Shown here: positions 22,968 through 35,367 of the stretch, one piece after another
Layout of the letters: every line of letters begins with the position of its first letter
Position numbering within the stretch: the stretch's first letter is position 1
The notes under the pieces: model-generated
Databases searched by the model: none
Seen by the model: the letters and a program-made list of their open reading frames with translations, nothing else
Told to the model about the DNA's origin: nothing
Position numbers and translations under genes: made by a program
Assembly: GCF_000981445.1 (NCBI RefSeq)
Contig: NC_027219.1
Coordinates: 496,001-560,000, forward strand
Reading direction: 5' to 3'
DNA: 64,000 bases
Source of the DNA: Babesia bigemina
Taxonomy: Eukaryota

Positions 22968-24017
22968 ATGGCAAAGTCAACGTTGATTACGGGTTGGAAA
23001 AGGATCGTCCTGGTCGTGTTGGTCCTCACCTTTGGCAATGGAACAACAGCTCAGATCAATGTGAAGCGCTTTAGACACACTTTGAATGATGACCTACGGA
23101 TATACGTAAATGGGCAGCGAACGCTATACAGCGAGATACAATTCGAAAAAGAACCAACCAAGCATTACATGTTTGCGCTAAAGTACGAGCATTTAAAAAA
23201 AACTACGCAATTTCTAAGAGATGTTTTCACGCATTATCAAGGTCTACATCCGTTTAAGCCGTACCTGGGTATGATTGTCGAATTTTACGAACGGAAATTG
23301 GCAGAAGCAAATGGGTCATCGTTCTTTGAGTTAAAGCCTAATGAACTGTGCGCAGAGGTTGCTGGATCTCTTACAGGTATCACCGATACGGTGGTGGAGC
23401 TGTCGCCACTTTATCATCTAAACCGTCCAGACGTGATCGACGCCATCTCCTGTTTTCGATCTGCGCCTGTCAAAGCACAGGAAGATATGATGGACTTCTG
23501 GATGCTGCTTTATCAGTCTCTTTATACAAAGTGCTCTGAAACGTTGCAAAACTTCGATATGGAAAACACAGTAAACGGTTTCCAGGTTGAGAGCGGCGTC
23601 ACCACCCCCGCCAGTCTAAGGGGCGTTGGTGACACCATCGGCTACGACGAACCCGCATTTGTTGATTTAATTGAGCATGAGTCGGATGAAGCGCCTTGGC
23701 TTCGGGAAGATGAGGCAGGTGCGTCACCGTGTATCGCAGGCTCGCTGGGTGCATGGAAGCCCGAGACAGATCGCTCGTTGGAAGCTTCAGATGCTTCAGG
23801 GGAAATGGCCGGATCCTCCAACGATGACAGGGGGTGTGATAACATTTCAGGTGCTTGCGATTCACGCACGGAACACCACGACTTCGACTCATCGTCCGAT
23901 TCTTACTTCAAACCTGAGAAACCTGAAGAGGATGAGGATCCACTCTGGGACGAATACTTCGCGTCGTTTTTGATGCGCCTCAAAAACCGCTCCGATCAAA
24001 GTGGCAGTGATGCGTAG
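22968..24017 (+). CDS. Hypothetical secreted protein with acidic C-terminus, 349 aa
   Basis: Intact ORF; signal-peptide-like RIVLVVLVLTFGNGTTA; no recognised domain. Confidence 0.75.
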   Translation: MAKSTLITGWKRIVLVVLVLTFGNGTTAQINVKRFRHTLNDDLRIYVNGQRTLYSEIQFEKEPTKHYMFALKYEHLKKTTQFLRDVFTHYQGLHPFKPYLGMIVEFYERKLAEANGSSFFELKPNELCAEVAGSLTGITDTVVELSPLYHLNRPDVIDAISCFRSAPVKAQEDMMDFWMLLYQSLYTKCSETLQNFDMENTVNGFQVESGVTTPASLRGVGDTIGYDEPAFVDLIEHESDEAPWLREDEAGASPCIAGSLGAWKPETDRSLEASDASGEMAGSSNDDRGCDNISGACDSRTEHHDFDSSSDSYFKPEKPEEDEDPLWDEYFASFLMRLKNRSDQSGSDA

Positions 24018-24655
24018 TCGTCATTGGCTGCGTAACGAAGCGTTGCGTGGTAAATCCAGAGTGTAGTACGGCAATAGCGTTGGTTGAGTGGACACTGGTT
24101 CATGATGTCCATTCATGCATTAGTCGTGCTTGGAAGAGATATCCACAGACGCAAAAGCAGTTAATTTCTGTGGCATGACGCCCTTTTCCATCGAAAAATG
24201 AGGTTGCAACACTATAATTAGAGCATCTCCCAGCACTGACTCAGCTTGCGCAAAACGGTTACACGCTTGCCGTATAACTTCGTACGTTCATACGTCCTAT
24301 AATGCAAGTTGCGACTCATGCGTATGTGGTGAGGCACCAACGAACTCCGATGACCAAAATGAATCCACTTCAAGACAACAGCGAGCTCTGGTGAGCCTCC
24401 TGGCAGCGCAAACACACGGCATGTAGCATGCAGTTCATCGCCGCACAGCGGCGAACGGCAGTGAAACTACTAACGCACACCACTATACGTTCTTCGAACG
24501 TTCCAAAGTAGGCTGCACTTACACCCATCGAATGCGACTCACTACACAATAGTTGGCACATGCTTGATTCCTACGAATGGCAGCGTTAAATAAAGCTCTG
24601 TCCTGAAGTAAACCAGGTTAGAAAATATGTTCGCATTTCGCTAAACGACTGCCAA

Positions 24656-25597
24656 TCACTTCCCCGGAGACACCAGGAGTGAGTCTGAGTTTAACATAAC
24701 TCTGTTTTGCGATTTAGACAAAATGTCTGCGATTTCCTTGGCAGTCTCGATGCGCCGCAGCGTTATGAAAGCAGGGTTGTCCTTAATCGCGCTGCCGATC
24801 TGACACAAGTTAAAGCACAGATTCCTGCAACGTACCAGCTTGGCCGCTTCAGATTCACCCTGGGCCTTGATGATGGTCGACTTCTTCTCCTCCTTGGCCT
24901 TCAGCACCACATACTTGCTTCGCTCAGCCTGCTGCTGCGCCACCTGCTTGGCCTCCACAGCCTTCTCGTATTCAGGGCTGAAGCTGACGTGGGTTAGTGA
25001 CACGTCGTCCAGCAGGATGTTGAAATCGCGCGCACGCTGAACCAGCTGGTCGCGCACCGACTTGCTGACCTGGGGCAAAGTGTAGAGAACCAGGACGCAA
25101 AAACGTACCACCTCCCTCTGAGTGATGAGCTGAGAGGCGTTGTACTGCGCAACCACGCTCTTTAGCACCTCGTTGATGATCGACGGAAGCACCTTTTCGT
25201 CGTAGTCGCGGCCCAATGACCGGTACACGTCACGTAATCGGCGCTCGTCCGGCCGGGAAAGCACACGGCACGTGATGTTTACCATCTGCAGATCACGGCT
25301 TCCTGTCAGCGATGTCAACGTGCGCGGGCGGGTGCGCACATCGTATATGATGGGCCGTTCCAGCCAGGGGATGAGGAAGTGAGTGCCCTCGCCGACCATC
25401 GCCTCGCCAACGCCCGTAAGGCGGTTGTAGACCAGAGCACGGTGTCCAGCCTCCACTGAAACCGAATGTCGAGATAATCACATGAACTAACCGTTGTAGA
25501 GGCTGTTGTAGGCGGCGGCCGCACCCCCGCCGGCCAGCAACAGCGCCGAGCCGGCGCCGGCGATGCCACGCAAGATCTTCGGCAACTCCGTCGACAT
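24656..25597 (-). CDS. PHB2: Prohibitin 2 (SPFH domain, mitochondrial inner membrane); 4 exons
   Basis: YNVEAGHRALVYNR..GEGTHFLIPWLERPIIYDVRTRP, TGSRDLQMVNITCRVLSRP, AVEAKQVAQQQAER, LRRIETAKEIA. Confidence 0.93.
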
Positions 25598-26024
25598 CCT
25601 TTTATAACCAGCTGTTTGTTATGTGCAGACGGTGGGCGGTTGGGCGCCAGTGGAACGCACGACAGCCGGGGTCTAGACAGCCTCACGCGGGAGCACACTC
25701 AACAAATGTTAACCGCGGGCTTACCACTTGATGACGCGTGTAGACTGCGGGCAATAATCTGTTTGAACGCCATAAAGGTGTCTTCTATGCAGTAACATCC
25801 CATTTCAGCGGACATCTACACAACGGCACTTGGGCATCGGCAGTGTTACACCTCCGCGTTAAGCACCAGTGAACGCAGCAGAAGCACAGTTATACAGATG
25901 TTTTTAACGTTAACATTGCGTTTCGAAAGCGGATGCGCACTGCATCGCGTTTTGGCCGGTTGCACGGCAATAACTCAATAGCGGCGGTAGTACTGTTGCT
26001 ACGCCGCAGCACCGTAGCGAGTGC

Positions 26025-27098
26025 TCAGGTCTCCTGTTGCGACCCGACCTCCCCTGGCGCGTTGGCCGCTCCATTGCGATCGTCTGTACATGTGCCTTCG
26101 AGGTCGGTGATGTCCGCAGCCTCGCCCTCCCGTAGAACGATAAACTTTTCCCGCAGAGACGGGTCCACCTCACTGATGCGGCGGTAGAGACGTTCCACAA
26201 GCTCGCCGTAACCTTCAACCCCGAGTGGAAAGGTGTCATGCGCCACCACCAGCGTTTTACGCGCACCAAGCTCCATGTGGGCGGTGACAGCCTGCTCAGG
26301 TGTCAGCTCCGGGCTCCGGCGGAAGACGGGGCCCAACGGCAAAATAGCCACGTCGATGGAGTGGCCCTGGCGACATAGGAACTCGCGAATCTCCCGAAAG
26401 TGGCTCCCGTAGGCGGTTCGCCCTGCGTAATAGACCGATTTAGTGGCGGAACGGATGAAGAATGAGCCCCAGAGCAGAAGGTCCCGGTTGTACCACCGCC
26501 GGCCGCTGTTGGAACACGAGGGAAGGAACGTGACTTCGACGCTGCCGAAATTCACAGTCTCGTACCAGCGCAACGGGTACGTGTAACCGCGAAAGAAGAA
26601 CATGACGTAGCGTGAAACGTTCATGCCACCCAACACCAGGGCGGCGCCGGCGTCGCCCAGCCGCCGCATGCTGAACGAGTCGACGCAGCCGTACGCATTG
26701 TTCGACAGCAGCACGAAGTCCGGCATAGGGCACTTCCAGAACTTGATCACCCGATTCGTCACGCGCCGCAAGCCGAAAAGAGGAAAGTAGAGTCGGCGGG
26801 AAAACAAGGGGTCGGTCAGAAACGCGGCGCCGCCGGTCTGGATGTACACCGTTCGGTGTCCCAGGAAGGTCAAACTCGAGCGGTCCTCATCCACTCTGGT
26901 TATTTCAATTGGGGCGCCGGGGACCTCGTTCGGCCAGGAGCCTAATCGGACGCCCAGCAGGCCCGCAAGGCCAGGAATCTTGCGACATAGCGCGATGCTG
27001 AGCTTCTCAAGCAAAGCGCCCCGCTGCCGAGGTAGAGCGAACCCGGAAACGTCGCCGCGGACGTGCCAGGGGTTCAGAAACCATGGCAGCAGCCGCAT
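26025..27098 (-). CDS. NAPE-PLD-like metallo-beta-lactamase fold protein with degenerate metal site
   Basis: FLNPW, TFLGHRT, FLTDPLFSRR, LWGSF, YYAGRTAY, DVAILPLG and TPEQAV follow the NAPE-PLD/RomA layout. HxHxDH is replaced by NNAYGC. Confidence 0.85.
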   Translation of the reverse strand: MRLLPWFLNPWHVRGDVSGFALPRQRGALLEKLSIALCRKIPGLAGLLGVRLGSWPNEVPGAPIEITRVDEDRSSLTFLGHRTVYIQTGGAAFLTDPLFSRRLYFPLFGLRRVTNRVIKFWKCPMPDFVLLSNNAYGCVDSFSMRRLGDAGAALVLGGMNVSRYVMFFFRGYTYPLRWYETVNFGSVEVTFLPSCSNSGRRWYNRDLLLWGSFFIRSATKSVYYAGRTAYGSHFREIREFLCRQGHSIDVAILPLGPVFRRSPELTPEQAVTAHMELGARKTLVVAHDTFPLGVEGYGELVERLYRRISEVDPSLREKFIVLREGEAADITDLEGTCTDDRNGAANAPGEVGSQQET

Positions 27099-27327
27099 GA
27101 CCGCTTACCACGGGGCGCCGTAAACGGCGGCACACGGGCGAACTAGACACGCCTCCGTGCCCTTATACGATGCCAGTACGCAACGCCAATGACACCGCAA
27201 AGCCATTTATAACGCAACAACAGCGATCCACGCCGATGTGCGGAGTGCCGAAGGCAAAACGGCACCTGGCTCCCCACCCGGAGCTGCGACTACACATTCT
27301 ACGTTATTCCAGAAGCCGCCGCCCAAA

Positions 27328-27706
27328 ATGGTAGGTGGAATCTAATTGCGGAGAATACGGTGCAGTCGATTGCCAAGAGGTTCGTGCCGCTGTTCGACCG
27401 CGTGCTGGTCTCGAAGATCAAGCCGGATGCCAAGACCAAGTCAGGTCTGCTGCTGCCGGAGTCTTCTAACCTCTCGTCGAAGCTCGCCACCGTTAGTTCC
27501 AGTGTACGGCGGAATATTGTTGCCAGGTGCTGGCTGTGGGCGCAGGAAGGCTGAACGCAAAGGGAGAGCTTATTGCGCCGACCCTCAAGAAGGGCGACAC
27601 CGTCGTCATACCGGAGTACGGCGGGATGGAGCTAAAGTTGGACGGCGAGAAATACACGGTCTACAGGGAGGAGGACATCATAGGAGTCGTCAACCAGAAT
27701 GCTTAA
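27328..27706 (+). CDS. HSP10: 10 kDa co-chaperonin (mitochondrial Hsp10/Cpn10); 3 exons, first coding exon is ATG only
   Basis: M|SIAKRFVPLFDRVLVSKI...KTKSGLLLPES...|VLAVGAG...KKGDTVVIPEYGG...YREEDIIGVV. Confidence 0.92.
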
Positions 27707-27977
27707 CGCCAGTTGCCCACCGGCAACAACAGTGAGCACGCTTCAGAAGACCTGACGCGAGCTGGATGATCGCCGCTCCAACTAGTCGGCCCACATAAAC
27801 ACCGTTGTACCGTGTTAAATACGTTTGACCGTTGCTTCCGCTGACACATGCCCCCTAACCGAAGTTAATGATGCTGCGTGGGACTTCCGTGGTGAAGGTA
27901 ACAGCTACATGGCGATAATAGATTGTAAGAAAGCGTGTCTATGTTTGGACAGCATGTAGACACAAAGCAGCGTTACA

Positions 27978-28796
27978 TCACGTAGGTGATGCTAAGGCGC
28001 TTGCTCCTCTGACAAAGAAGCTTTTGGGGCCGTCCTCGGGGCCTCGATACAGCCCGCACCCGATGATGCTGCGACACATGACGCTGCTGCGAAGAAACCT
28101 ACCGCAAATCGCGCTTGGGCACGCCTTCGTCCAGCTGCTCGTTACCCAAGGAACGAATCAGCTTCATCCCTTTGACGACCGTGCCCAGGACGACGGGCCG
28201 CCGGCCCAGGCAGGGGTTGCCCACCAGCGTTATTAGGAACCTCGATGTCATCCCCACCTGGTCGCTGGTGGATAGCATCGCAACATCGCCCTCCTGCATA
28301 AACGGCAGCTCAAAACTCTCCTCGGGCATGGTGCGTCCGTAGATGGTGCATGAGCTCAAGGGGCCGCCGGGGTGGAACAGCTGCCCGAAAATGATGCCAT
28401 TGCGGGGAAAGACCTGGTCCACCTTGGAATTTAGGAACCCGATGCGGCGTCCGCCCACATCGTACCCCTTGCACATCTGCACGAAGTTCTCGCACGTAAG
28501 CGGCTGGTGGTGTCCGTAGAGGCCGATGAGGATGCGGCCAAGGTACCGGCGGTCGGCCGCTAGGTCGAAGTACACGTAATCCGTAATGGCATCCTCCGAC
28601 AACGACGAGTTCTCGTGCACGGTCACTGCACTGCGACGCTTGTTGTAGTAGGTTGCGCAGCCCACGGCTCCCTAAGGCCACGTTACACAAGCAACCACGC
28701 ACCTACCAATAGCGCCTTAGTGCCCCAAGACAAGCCGCCGACCTTGCGCGCGGCGAAACACAGAAGGTCGACTGGCAGGAGGAGAGTACTACGCAT
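27978..28796 (-). CDS. Divergent cyclophilin-like protein; 3 exons
   Basis: ITDYVYFDL...GRILIGLYG..QPLTCENFVQMC..TIYG...EESF...SRFLITL...VVLGTVVKGM...IIGCG gives the cyclophilin fold, but active-site residues are altered. Confidence 0.85.
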
Positions 28797-29508
28797 GGCT
28801 CTTAGACGCCAGAGCCAGGGCACTTAACCGTGTGATGCCGCTGCTCCATGGAATCCTGCACCTGACGGCTTCGGATGACTGCTGCGCCGCGACACAGCAC
28901 ACCTCAACAATTTGACGGCGCTGCGATATATATGCCTATCCTGAACTCTATCGGATGGCGGCAGAGTGACGCTGCTGCGCGGTATCGTTCTAGTTGTGCG
29001 ATGTGCTGAACCGACCCACTAACGTGGGAACAACGCCGGCCAAATTTGAGCGAAGAAGCAACTGTGTCGGCGAATTCGGTGTTATAATTTAATCGCAGCC
29101 GCGATAATGTGCTTAGACAGGTTGATTCCACCGTGCAATCACGCGTTGCTCGCGTAGTTACGTCACAATTTGATAACGCATACAATGTAGCCGTGCAGCC
29201 GTCAAAACACTGTCTCGCCGCTTGAACGAACCTGAAATACGTAATATAATGCTGCCACTAAGCGTTAGCGGATTCGCGCATCACGTACAACCCCGGTAAC
29301 GCCGTAGAAGGATGCCAACCGGCATACACATTGCACAGTCTAATAACAACTGCTAACCAACGAACTATCTCATACTTGCAGCCACATATGCGCGAACCCG
29401 TTTAGGTGTAGCGGTATTACGCCGCGGAGCGCGTAAAAAAGAAATTTATTGCTACAATGCATAAACGACATTATCCGGTGGGCATGTTCATAACAAAATG
29501 GGCTCCAT

Positions 29509-30279
29509 TTAAGCCTTTTCGAACGTTTTGGCAAGGTATTCGCCCGTGGATTCGGCGGTCGGGGCCATGGCGGCGGCACCCTTCCTCCAGTTGGCCGGGC
29601 AGACGTGGCCGGATTCGTCGGAGAACTTGATGGCGTCGAACACGCGCAGGGTCTCGTCCACCGAGCGGCCGATGCCCAAATCGAAGACTGCGACATGGCG
29701 CACCTTTCCAGCTTTGTCTATCAGAACCGATGCCCTCTGAGCGAATCCCTCGGGGCGCAGCATGCCGAAGCTCTTAGAGATGGAGCGCGACAGGTCGGAA
29801 ACCAAAGGGAACTTTACGCCTTGAACGCCGCCTTGCTTCAGATCCATCTGGCTCCACGCCAGGTGGGAAAAGGGGGAGTCCACTGAAACGCCGACCACCT
29901 TGATGCCGCGCTCCTCGAACTCGGAGATGCGCTCCGAAAAACCCAGAAGCTCGGAAGGGCACACGAAGGTGAAGTCGAGCGGGTAGAAGACCATCAGGCC
30001 GTAGGAGCCGCGGAAGTGCTCCGCAGCGTCGAAGTCCTTCACGGAACCGTCGACAACGGCGGAAGATTTGAAACTGGGCATCTCTCGGCCAACCAGGTCG
30101 GCAAGGTTAACGGAGCAAGACGATGCCTGTGTGCCGAAAGCCCTTCGCGAAGCGGCGCTGTTAACCCAGCTGCCGTGCAGGGAAGCGGGCGTTCTCAAAC
30201 AGCGCGTAACCGACGACCCGGGGCAGCGCATAGCGGCCCTGCAGGCTGCGGCAGACACGCGGACAACGCTGCCGATCAT
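29509..30279 (-). CDS. TPx2: 2-Cys peroxiredoxin (thioredoxin peroxidase) with mitochondrial-type presequence
   Basis: FYPLDFTFVCPSE (peroxidatic Cys), GRSVDETLR, VCPANW (resolving Cys); Arg/Ser/Ala-rich N-terminal leader. Confidence 0.92.
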   Translation of the reverse strand: MIGSVVRVSAAACRAAMRCPGSSVTRCLRTPASLHGSWVNSAASRRAFGTQASSCSVNLADLVGREMPSFKSSAVVDGSVKDFDAAEHFRGSYGLMVFYPLDFTFVCPSELLGFSERISEFEERGIKVVGVSVDSPFSHLAWSQMDLKQGGVQGVKFPLVSDLSRSISKSFGMLRPEGFAQRASVLIDKAGKVRHVAVFDLGIGRSVDETLRVFDAIKFSDESGHVCPANWRKGAAAMAPTAESTGEYLAKTFEKA

Positions 30280-30800
30280 GGTGAAGAGCAAGATTATACG
30301 CAAGTGTAAAAGTATCCGGGAAGCCGGTGACGCTGGAATAGACGGGGACTGAGGCGAGCACACTGAACACACCACGCAACACCTAAAGCGCCGCGCACGT
30401 ACACACCAGAAACCCTCAAACTGCTATAACTGCGCCAAAACATGAACACGCGTTGGGTGTGGAAGACAACTTAAAGCACAGTTCGCTAGAAACGGGTAGC
30501 GGCGGCATCCCGGTGTGAAGCTCCGGCCGACAACGTGAGACACCGAGCTTTCAGCGCCGGCGCGACGACGTCGCAGCCCAGGATACAGCGCTCTGCTGCA
30601 GATAGAGCCTGCACGATGTACCTAGAGCCCTAATACACCACCACGTAGCCTTTGCACGGGAAGTGGGTATGCTCCAGCATGCCACCGCTCCTTCCCGCCC
30701 GAAGCAACGTCCCACCTGGCGGCTACATTACAACCAAAATTCCTACGACCGCTCACGTGAGTTGGCGAACAACATGTGATTTGCGGGTGCCACTGGCAGA

Positions 30801-31843
30801 TCAAATCTCCACGTTGTACGCGTTGTCACGGTTGAACCTCCAGAACTCTTGGTGGCGCAGGTAGTTGTTGCAAAACCCGGCCTGACGCATGATAGAGCGA
30901 CACTAGACGACAGGACGTACCAGGGTGCCCAGGACGGCGCCAACGGGCCACGTGTAAGATTCCTCCTTCGCCAAGGCAAGCTTGATGTGATACTCGGCTT
31001 CGTCCTCAACCTTCATGAAACCGAACATGAACCCGAACACCGCACCCATGGTGCAGGCGATCACCAAAATAACCAGAACCTGAGTGCAAGTTAGCGGCCC
31101 GAAACACATGTGGTCAATACACGAGAACATGATAAGGCATCGCAGTCAGCGTCCTCACGCCGCCGCCCTGGGCTGGGCCAGCGCCGCTGCAAAGCTAAAA
31201 GCGAAACCATTGGCACACGAAGCAGAAACATGGACTAATTACTAACCTGCGATTTCGACTCGACCAACGGACGTGCGACGGAAGTCTCGAACATGGAGAT
31301 GAAGTAGTTGACGAGGTCGACGATGGTGAACGTCAGGGCAAAGGAGATCGAAATGCCCAGCAGCGTGTATATCGCCACCTTGAGCACAAACGGGAAATGC
31401 GTAAACCAGCTCTGGCGCAAGAAAAAGCACACGAATCCGGACGCAACGATCTGAACCTCGTCACGAGCACACAGGAGACCACCTACCATCAGTCCGAAGT
31501 AGCGGAGAAACTGACGCTGCTTACCGTCAACCTCCGCCGTCGAGATGTTCAGACGCCAGAGAATCACGATACCGATAACGATGAAGGTGAACGCGAAGTA
31601 CTGCGATGGAGTGAAACACAACGGACGCAGACACACCAGAGTGAAGAACGGCGAGGTAGACACCTCAACCAAGGCGCAGTTCACGATGAGCGAGCATATT
31701 GTGCCGATAACGCAGCCGAAGCACGAAGCCAAAAGCGTGCTCCAAAAGGGCAATTTCGACAACGGCATCTCGTTGTCGAACCACGCCACGTAGTCGCCAT
31801 TTCTGGTGAGGCTGAAGTCGTCGGAACTTATAGATTTCATCAT
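30801..31843 (-). CDS. Hypothetical multi-pass membrane protein; ~5 exons
   Basis: Several hydrophobic helices joined over short GT-AG introns: MMKSISSDDF...LVESKSQ|VLVILVIACTMGAVFGFMFGFMKVED...|AGFCNNYLRHQ...YNVEI*. Confidence 0.7.
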
Positions 31844-31985
31844 TTCGCCTAACCGATATAAATATGCTGTAAACGCAGCCTGCAACGGATGACTTGCAGG
31901 CTCAGTCACACCATACGAAACGGGCACACAACACGTCCCAGCAGCCAACTACACACATCACATACACAATACACTATGCGTGCGA

Positions 31986-32784
31986 TTACAGTTCGTCTAG
32001 TTCACGGTTTATCTCGCGTAATTCCAGTGACGCGGCCACCAGATCGTCCATGAGCCGGCGTATGCGTGCCTTGGCTGCGTCCTGCGCACAGGTGAACACG
32101 GAAGAGGCCACCACCGACCTCTGGTTCCTTGTTTCCCTCGCCAGACTCCGCCTTGGCACGAGCGTAGGCCTCTTCACTCGCTTCCTAACAGCTTTTACGG
32201 TCAAAACAGGCGCTTCCCACCTCTTCGAGGTCCTCCTTCAGGCCGGAGTCTGCACACTGTCCACACACACGAACTACGCAACGCACCTTCAGCGTCTTCG
32301 AGTGTCTTCTCGTTACGTTCGAACCTGAGCAGAAATGCAACACACAAAGTGGCCCTGTACCGATCCTCGGCGTCGTCCAGCTGCGCAATTTCACGGCACG
32401 CAACAGCGTCGACTTACCTCCTGGCCCACATCGTCGTCATCGGCTTCCTCGCGACCCTGACGCTTTTATAACAACACCATACACACTCAAATAGGCTGGT
32501 GAAAGACACCAAGGGAAACGACGCACGGCAGATGTGCAGAAATTGCGCAATTACTTAATGAGCGGAACAGAGTTGCTCGCGACCGTATAGCGTACCTCGT
32601 CGTCATCTATATCGTCTTCGTCTATATCATCGTCGTCTCGGCTGGCAGCGCGCTGCGCCGCTTTCACGGAAGACGCTGCGCCGCTGACTGCCGCGGAAGA
32701 CTCCAGCGACCGCGCGCCATCGACCTCGCAGCGGTTGCAGAGAGCGACAAACCAAAATATAAGCACCGACGCCGTTATATGCAT
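31986..32784 (-). CDS. Small acidic secretory-pathway protein, multi-exon, ending -LDEL
   Basis: Signal-like MHITASVLIFWFVALC; series of tiny acidic exons bounded by GT/AG; last exon DAAKARIRR...INRELDEL*. Confidence 0.6.
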
Positions 32785-33076
32785 CGCTCAATGCGTATTG
32801 TGGCGGGAAGGTCGGTCGAAGACCGGTACCGCCGACGGTGGGCGGAGCTCCGACACGACAGCACAGGCAACCAGACACAACTCCACATTCGCTCATTAAA
32901 ATCGGCTAGTGTACCGCGAACAGTACTGTATGACTTGTTAGAATATCTGTCTACCAACGGCCCTGTGTTCGGTCCGCCGAATACGGGTGCGCACCTGACG
33001 GAGATCGGCAATCTCGCACATTCCGCCGGGCTCGGCACCCGCGCTCGGATATGATAGGCTGCGATAAAGCACGACT

Positions 33077-33677
33077 TCACGCGTTCGGCACGAAGTCGCG
33101 GTCGTTCACCACAATCTTGTACATGACGCTGTTGAATGGCGAACGCAGGCGCAACTTGGCAATCATGCGCTGGGAAAACGACTGGCTGGTGGCCTTCTTC
33201 ATCAGATCCGGGCTGAACCACGTCTGGATGCCCAGGTACTGGTAACGGTCCAGCTGGCCTCCGTGGGTCATGTTCTCCAGGCGAACAAGCTTGGTGCTGC
33301 CGTAACCTGCGCACAGTGACGTGGCGTCGTGGACCGGAGCGGTAACGCTCCAAACGCGAACCCTACATCTTTCACAACAGTTGCAGATGTTAACAGCTAG
33401 GTCGCATACGAAATCACCCACCTTCCTGCGTCTGGAGGTACCGCGTCAGGCACTTTACATTGTTCTCGAACTCAGACGAGTGCTCCGGGTCGACCTCGTA
33501 AAAACTCAAAAAGGCGTAGTCGCGCTGAGAGAACGCCGGGTGCACCTCCCAAACGCGTTCCAGATCGGGGTTGGTGAACGCGTACGAGGTGATAAAGCCC
33601 AGCGTGAACGTCACAGCCCTGTTCACGAACCTACGCGTGAACACTGTGCCGCCGACTGTGCGAGCTACGTGCAGCAT
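33077..33677 (-). CDS. ABM-like (dimeric alpha-beta barrel) protein with putative mitochondrial presequence; 2 exons
   Basis: FYEVDPEHSSEFE...YLQTQEG|YGSTKLVR...YQYLGIQTWFS matches the ABM pattern; leader MLHVARTVGGTVFTRRF. Confidence 0.6.
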
Positions 33678-33928
33678 CCCGCTATCCTGCCGATGTGTGA
33701 TTACACACACCCTGTCATGGTAAACGGCGACTGCTCATAAAGGCGCCGGGCGGCGTTCGACGCCCTGAGTCCCCCATCAGATGGCGACTGCGGAAGGCCG
33801 CGAGAAGGAGTGGCAGTTCGCCGTTTCCGAACCTTCGAACGCACGCCTATGGGTGTGTCATGAGGGTATGAATTTTACGCCGCGAGGGTAATGGCACGCA
33901 ACGCCGTGGACATCCAACAGTGGCGATC

Positions 33929-34535
<607 letters not shown>

Positions 34536-34809
34536 GTGCCGCCGACCCGCGCGTGCGCGGGAGCCGCCATCAACCGATACGTAATATTCACAACCTCTGT
34601 TTTTGGTCATTGTGGATCCATGTCACCATGGGATGCGATAGGCTAGTGTACACCCGCGGATGTGCGGAATTGCGATGGGCACTAATAATAGTTCGCCGTC
34701 AGGCTTGGGTTGACGGAGACCGGGTACGAGACCGGCAACGACACTTCCGGTGTCACAGGTCGACCGGAGAGCTCCAACCTCGCGATTCGCCTGTATACAG
34801 TTAATCAGG

Positions 34810-35367
34810 TCACGCTGCAACCGACTCCTCGGCGCCGAGCTCAGCTTTCAACGCCTCCAATGTGTTGGTCTGCGCTATCAGCTCGGAGAGCATCTCCTCG
34901 GGGCTGAGTTCCTCCAGCTGCTCAAGCACCTGGTAGTATTCCTTGTGCACCACTGTGACGAGTGAGACGTGAATTGTGACAATTCACCTGGGCTGATGGC
35001 CTCTGTCTCCTGCACACGAAATCAGACAGCAATTAGACACTAACGCACCAAAGCGATTTCGGCGAGACGGTTCACGCTCTCCAGTTCGTTTGGCCGGATT
35101 TCAATGTACGGAACGGGGCGAGTCACCTCCAGGAGCGCGCCTGAGCTCATAGATCGACATCAACGTCGCACACACCCGAGGAATCGTCTCCAGTAATCTG
35201 ACCCAGAGGCACATCACCACCGAAGCTTACGTCAATATTCAGACCCTTCTTAGCTGTAGTGAAGTGTAGATACACACACAGAAAACGCACTCACGTTCGG
35301 CTGCATCGCAGGAAAAACAGCGGAGCACGCAACACAACGCAACAAAAATTTGCCACGTCGCGGCCAT
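34810..35367 (-). CDS. Small hypothetical secreted protein; ~5 exons
   Basis: MAATWQIFVALCCVLRCFSCDAAE signal-like exon, then short exons separated by ~35-nt GT-AG introns; last exon ...EYYQVLEQLEELSPEEMLSEL...ESVAA*. Absent from the ORF track. Confidence 0.55.
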
